Below are positions 7,037 through 10,702 of a stretch of DNA of 10,702 nt, piece after piece. The notes under the pieces were generated by a model. That model was given only the letters and a program-made list of their open reading frames with translations. It did not search any database and was not told the origin of the DNA. The stretch lies in the IMG/VR virus record IMGVR_UViG_2693429676_000015; one strand, written 5' to 3'. Each line of letters starts with the position of its first letter. Position 1 is the stretch's first letter. The position numbers were made by a program, and so were the translations under genes. This DNA comes from a virus. Taxonomy: Duplodnaviria; Heunggongvirae; Uroviricota; Caudoviricetes.

Positions 7037-7393
7037 ATGGAAATAAAACCAGAAGATGAGTTAAGCAATATTGTTTTATTTCCGGTAAAAGAGGATAACC
7101 CTCGTAATCAGGTTAATTTTCTTTATGAGCCATCGGAAAGACCATATTGCCATCACGCCTCTGTCCGGGTTGACGAAAAAGAGCGTCAGGTCCGCTGTAA
7201 AATTTGCGGTGCAGTTGTGGAGCCATTTGACTGGATGCTCTCTGTGGCGAAAAGAGAAACCAGACTGGCAGATGATGTAAGGCTCTTGCGCCAGGAGGAG
7301 CGGGAAAGGCGAAAAAATATAGAAAAGCTAATCCAGATTGAGCGTAATGCGAAAGCGCGGATACGCAGGGTGACAAAATATAGCCCCGAATAA
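7037..7393 (+). CDS. Hypothetical zinc-ribbon / coiled-coil protein (118 aa from ATG 7037)
   Basis: AGGAGAGGAG Shine-Dalgarno immediately upstream of the ATG at 7037 (the ORF track starts at a GTG at 6980). Cys/His cluster PYCHHASVRV...CKICGAVVEP, then a basic heptad-like C-terminus (RLLRQEERERRKNIEKLIQIERNAKARIRR). Confidence 0.55.
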   Translation: MEIKPEDELSNIVLFPVKEDNPRNQVNFLYEPSERPYCHHASVRVDEKERQVRCKICGAVVEPFDWMLSVAKRETRLADDVRLLRQEERERRKNIEKLIQIERNAKARIRRVTKYSPE

Positions 7394-7607
7394 TCAAGGT
7401 TATTTCTGGAAGTCAAGTCGTGAGTGATGAGGACTAACAAATACGGTGAACTCGATAAAGAGATTCAGGACGAACTGGAGGCCAGGAATGATTGACAAAT
7501 CACCAAGTGAGTTCAGCTACAAAGATTTATTGTCATAACGGGTTATGAGATCGACTTGGTGCGTGATATTCTTCGGGCCAGTTTGCTATGCGCCACCATG
7601 AGATGTT

Positions 7608-9440
7608 ATGGCCCGCATGTTTGATACATTAGGATTTTACATTATGAATGTGCAACATTTTGATTTTTTTACAGATAATGAGTTTTCTAATCTGGAAAGA
7701 TATCAAACTTGTAAAGCCATGGCCAAAGGTTATGCGGGCAATTACAAAACCGGGCAGTCAAGGTTGATGCATGCCCGCTCATACTGCTTCAGCATCGTAG
7801 CTGCATATTGGGATACCCTTGCAAAAAAGCAAAAAAGCAGCATTAAAATGAGGGCAGTACCGCACACTGTTTACATAGAAGACATTCCATGTGATGCACG
7901 CGAGCTCGCTGAACGAACAGGTGAGCTTATTGCTCAATTTCCGGCGGAGGACGCTGGATATCTGATTGGGTCAATTTATACGGTAATGCTGCCATCCGCT
8001 TACCGTTCGGAATTGGGGGCTTACTATACCCCCCCACCTTTGGTAGCGCGTCTCTTGGACCTGGCTGAAAAGTCTGGTGTTGATTTTTCTCATGCATCGG
8101 TTATTGATCCTGCGTGTGGTGGCGGTGCATTTTTGGCACCAGTAGCCATTCGAATGTTAAAAAAAGACAAGGGGTCTTCCCCTGAATGGATGTTGAGGAG
8201 AATCAGTCGTCGTTTAAAGGGGATAGAAATCGATCCATTTGCGGCTTGGATGAGTTTGGTATTGCTCGAATCTGTACTAATGCCACTATGTGTAAAGGTA
8301 AAACGTAGATTGCCTGAAGATACAATTATTGTTGCTGATGCGCTTCAGCAAGATAAATTTTCTGGTTATGATCTTGTGGTAGGGAATCCGCCTTACGGAC
8401 GTGTCACTCTCGATATTAAAACGAGAGAAAAATATTCTCGTTCGTTATTTGGTCATGCAAATCTATATGGATTGTTCACCGACTTAGCTGTTCGCATGGT
8501 TAAAGAGAAAACAGGAGTTATTGCATTTCTTACGCCAACTTCTTTTCTTGGTGGGCAGTATTTCACCGCGCTGCGAACCCTTTTGACCGAAAAAACTACT
8601 CCGTATGCCCTTGATTTCGTCACTGACAGGGATGGGGTCTTTGACGATGTTCTCCAGGAAACAATGTTGACAGCATTCAAGGCGGGAGAACATAAAGTTC
8701 GGGCCCAGGTATCCTCACTTGTCCCTAAGGGGTTGAACAAAGCAAAAATTGAGAAAATAGGTAATGTTGATATAGAAAAAGGTGGAGCAACGTGGCTTTT
8801 GCCACGCGTTAAAGATGATGCCTGTTTTCTTAATGTATTAAAACAGATGTCTACGCGTTTAGCTGATCTGGGATACTCAGTCTCTACAGGTCAGTTAGTC
8901 TGGAATCGATTTAAGTCGCAGTTGCGTACGACGAAAGGAAAAAATAGCTACCCATTAGTCTGGGCGGAATCAATAACTTCAGCTGGTTTTCGTTTTAGTG
9001 CAGACAGAAAAAATCATGTTCCCTATATCGATATAACCCCACAACAGGGTTTCCTTGTGACAAAATCTGAATGTGTGCTTGTTCAGCGGACAACATCGAA
9101 GGAACAGGACAGAAGGATTTTAGCGGCAATTTTACCTCAGGGATTTATAGATGAAACTGGTGGCGTAGTAGTTGAAAACCATATTAATATTGTATATTCA
9201 AACGGATTGTTCTCTGCGGTTCGCCCTGATGTTATTGATATGCTACTTAATTCGCATGTTGTCGATCGGGCGTTCAGGTGTATAAGCGGAAGTGTTGCTG
9301 TTTCGGCCTATGAATTGAATTCAATCCCGTTGCCTTCTCTGGAGCAGGTGATGGAGATTCAATCGTTAATTGATGCTGGCGTCCACAGACGGATTATTGA
9401 GAGAACTATCGCTGGTTTCTATGGAGTGATGATTGCATGA
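7608..9440 (+). CDS. N6-adenine DNA methyltransferase, gamma-class (Eco57I/TaqI-like motif order), 610 aa; start could instead be the ATG at 7643
   Basis: Motif X GAYYTPPPLV (aa 137-146, nt about 8016-8045), motif I IDPACGGGAFL (aa 166-176), motif IV VVGNPPYG (aa 257-264, NPPY at nt 8386-8397), then about 340 aa of C-terminal, presumably target-recognition, sequence. Confidence 0.85.
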   Translation: MARMFDTLGFYIMNVQHFDFFTDNEFSNLERYQTCKAMAKGYAGNYKTGQSRLMHARSYCFSIVAAYWDTLAKKQKSSIKMRAVPHTVYIEDIPCDARELAERTGELIAQFPAEDAGYLIGSIYTVMLPSAYRSELGAYYTPPPLVARLLDLAEKSGVDFSHASVIDPACGGGAFLAPVAIRMLKKDKGSSPEWMLRRISRRLKGIEIDPFAAWMSLVLLESVLMPLCVKVKRRLPEDTIIVADALQQDKFSGYDLVVGNPPYGRVTLDIKTREKYSRSLFGHANLYGLFTDLAVRMVKEKTGVIAFLTPTSFLGGQYFTALRTLLTEKTTPYALDFVTDRDGVFDDVLQETMLTAFKAGEHKVRAQVSSLVPKGLNKAKIEKIGNVDIEKGGATWLLPRVKDDACFLNVLKQMSTRLADLGYSVSTGQLVWNRFKSQLRTTKGKNSYPLVWAESITSAGFRFSADRKNHVPYIDITPQQGFLVTKSECVLVQRTTSKEQDRRILAAILPQGFIDETGGVVVENHINIVYSNGLFSAVRPDVIDMLLNSHVVDRAFRCISGSVAVSAYELNSIPLPSLEQVMEIQSLIDAGVHRRIIERTIAGFYGVMIA

Positions 9441-10519
9441 ATCTGCCTGTTGTTCCCCCATTGAATGTTATCCGGGAAAGATTACAATTAATTTTCCCTG
9501 AAGGGACTGAGAATCGTGGATATTTAATTCGGGAAATAGCTGCAAAAACAATTTTTGTCATGTTTTATGCTGGTGCGGTTGAGGGGCTGGGGCGATGGAT
9601 AAGGCCCAGCCAGGTTGTAAGTATGGGAGATTCGCAGGCTGCTCTTACTGATGATGCGTCCAGAGAAAGCTGGGTAAAGATGACTTTCTCTAAACAAAAG
9701 ATAAGGCCTGCTGATGCATGGTATGCGGAAAATACGCGTGAGCCAATACGTGATGAAACTATAAAAAATGGCCTAATACCTTGCAATGCAATTGTTGAGC
9801 GTAAAGGTATACCCACCACATCCTCTCGTCCTCGTTACAGTTTGAATCGCTCTTTTGCAGCACTCTTTGATGCCGGGCTTGAAGGAGATTCGCTGCTGAG
9901 TGCAATAAGTTCCTGGCAAGAAAATCATTTGAACAAAGCCGCTCTTGCTAGGTTGCGTTTATTGAAATCAGGGGCAGTGATTGCTGCTGATGCCGTAGTC
10001 GTCACTTTCCCAAATGGAGAGAAGAGAACTTTAGCTCCGGGCCCGTCAAGTACAATAGCTAAGGCCGTCATCGAAGTTTTTGCTCCTAATTTTCTTAAGA
10101 ATCCAACTGTGCTCTGGTTGTCTGAATCCGGGAATAAAGTTGTTGCTCAGGATGATGTATTGGCAAAAGCATTGGGGCTGAATATTGATGCCTCAAAAGC
10201 ACTTCCAGATATTATTTTGATTGATTTGGGAGAGGACCGAACGGGTTCGGACATGCTTGTAGTTTTCACTGAAGTAGTTGCGACAGATGGGCCTATAAAC
10301 AGGGAACGAAAAGTTACTCTCACTCATTTGGCTATTGACGCTGGGTTCAGCGAGAAAAATCTTGCATTCCTTACGGCATTTATGGACAGAAGTGCTCTGC
10401 CTTTTAAAAAGGCAATACCAGAATTGGCGTGGGGATCTTATGCATGGTTTGCTTCTGAACCGGAGCACTTAATTGATCTTCGGGATGGTTATCCGGTAAA
10501 GATCAGCCAGAGAAAATGA
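9437..10519 (+). CDS. Putative restriction endonuclease partner of the methyltransferase (360 aa); BsuBI/PstI-like family is a tentative guess
   Basis: Start ATG overlaps the methyltransferase stop (ATGA at 9437-9440), indicating translational coupling. No methyltransferase motifs. Size and context fit a Type II REase. The N-terminal segment (VIRERLQLIFPEGTENRGYLIREIAAKTIFVMFYAGA) resembles what I recall of BsuBI/PstI-family N-termini. There is a possible acidic cluster at LIDLGED...FTEVV. Not verified. Confidence 0.5.
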   Translation: MNLPVVPPLNVIRERLQLIFPEGTENRGYLIREIAAKTIFVMFYAGAVEGLGRWIRPSQVVSMGDSQAALTDDASRESWVKMTFSKQKIRPADAWYAENTREPIRDETIKNGLIPCNAIVERKGIPTTSSRPRYSLNRSFAALFDAGLEGDSLLSAISSWQENHLNKAALARLRLLKSGAVIAADAVVVTFPNGEKRTLAPGPSSTIAKAVIEVFAPNFLKNPTVLWLSESGNKVVAQDDVLAKALGLNIDASKALPDIILIDLGEDRTGSDMLVVFTEVVATDGPINRERKVTLTHLAIDAGFSEKNLAFLTAFMDRSALPFKKAIPELAWGSYAWFASEPEHLIDLRDGYPVKISQRK

Positions 10520-10671
10520 CCAAAGTTTGATATCCGCCACGCCCTGAAGGATGGGGGTTTTACGGTGCACTGGATAAAAAATCGGTTTCATAGATTTGCC
10601 CACCGTGGTATACGCCTGCGATAAAAACTTTATTGTCATCAACGGCAAAAGCAATAATTGTTCTGTGGCGG

Positions 10672-10702
10672 GGTGATGCTGCCAACTTACTGATTTAGTG
10701 TA
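10672..10702 (+). mobile_element. IS1 left terminus (first 31 bp); the element continues beyond the window
   Basis: ggtgatgctgccaacttactgatttagtgta is identical to the start of the internal IS1 fragment at 6457 and to the IS1 left inverted repeat as I recall it. Same orientation as the IS1 end at 1-30. Confidence 0.8.

Noticed and set aside
8453-8740. Two overlapping minus-strand ORFs (95 and 69 aa) inside the methyltransferase gene
   Set aside because: Fully embedded antisense to a CDS with strong catalytic motifs; no RBS and no recognisable features.
10193-10654. Minus-strand ORFs (91 and 61 aa) at the 3' end of the window
   Set aside because: The first is antisense inside the putative endonuclease gene; the second lies mostly in the 150-bp spacer before IS1, with no RBS or motif.
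10643-10655. 13-nt match (aacggcaaaagca) to IS1 internal sequence just upstream of the terminal IS1 end
   Set aside because: Too short and followed by non-IS1 sequence; could be chance or a scar, and cannot be interpreted without a search.
1-10702. CRISPR arrays, tRNA or rRNA genes
   Set aside because: No regularly spaced direct repeats with unique spacers and no tRNA-like or rRNA-like sequence seen; the only repeats are the iterons, operator palindromes and IS or gene duplications described above.

Overview
This window looks like the early (immunity and replication) region of a Rac-like lambdoid prophage from Escherichia/Shigella, cut up and bounded by insertion sequences. All calls rest on reading the sequence and on recalled family motifs; no searches were run. 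Left to right: the last 30 bp of an IS1 (1-30); two small leftward genes of unknown function (163-692); an OL-like operator region and a minus-strand terminator; a leftward operon of a CI-like HTH repressor, a small antitoxin and a ParE/RelE toxin (973-1977), resembling the paaR-paaA-parE three-component systems of E. coli O157 prophages; an OR-like divergent control region; rightward Cro/YdaS-like and YdaT-like genes; a replication initiator carrying origin-like iterons inside its own coding sequence; a DnaC-like helicase loader; and a winged-helix hypothetical. Positions 5411-6979 are scrambled: three overlapping copies of one phage gene, an IS3-family fragment, an IS1 left-end fragment and N characters, most likely draft-assembly joins at IS repeats. 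The most interesting cargo is at 7608-10519: a gamma-class N6-adenine DNA methyltransferase translationally coupled to a 360-aa partner, which I read as a candidate prophage-borne Type II restriction-modification module. The window ends in the first 31 bp of another IS1 in the same orientation as the first.
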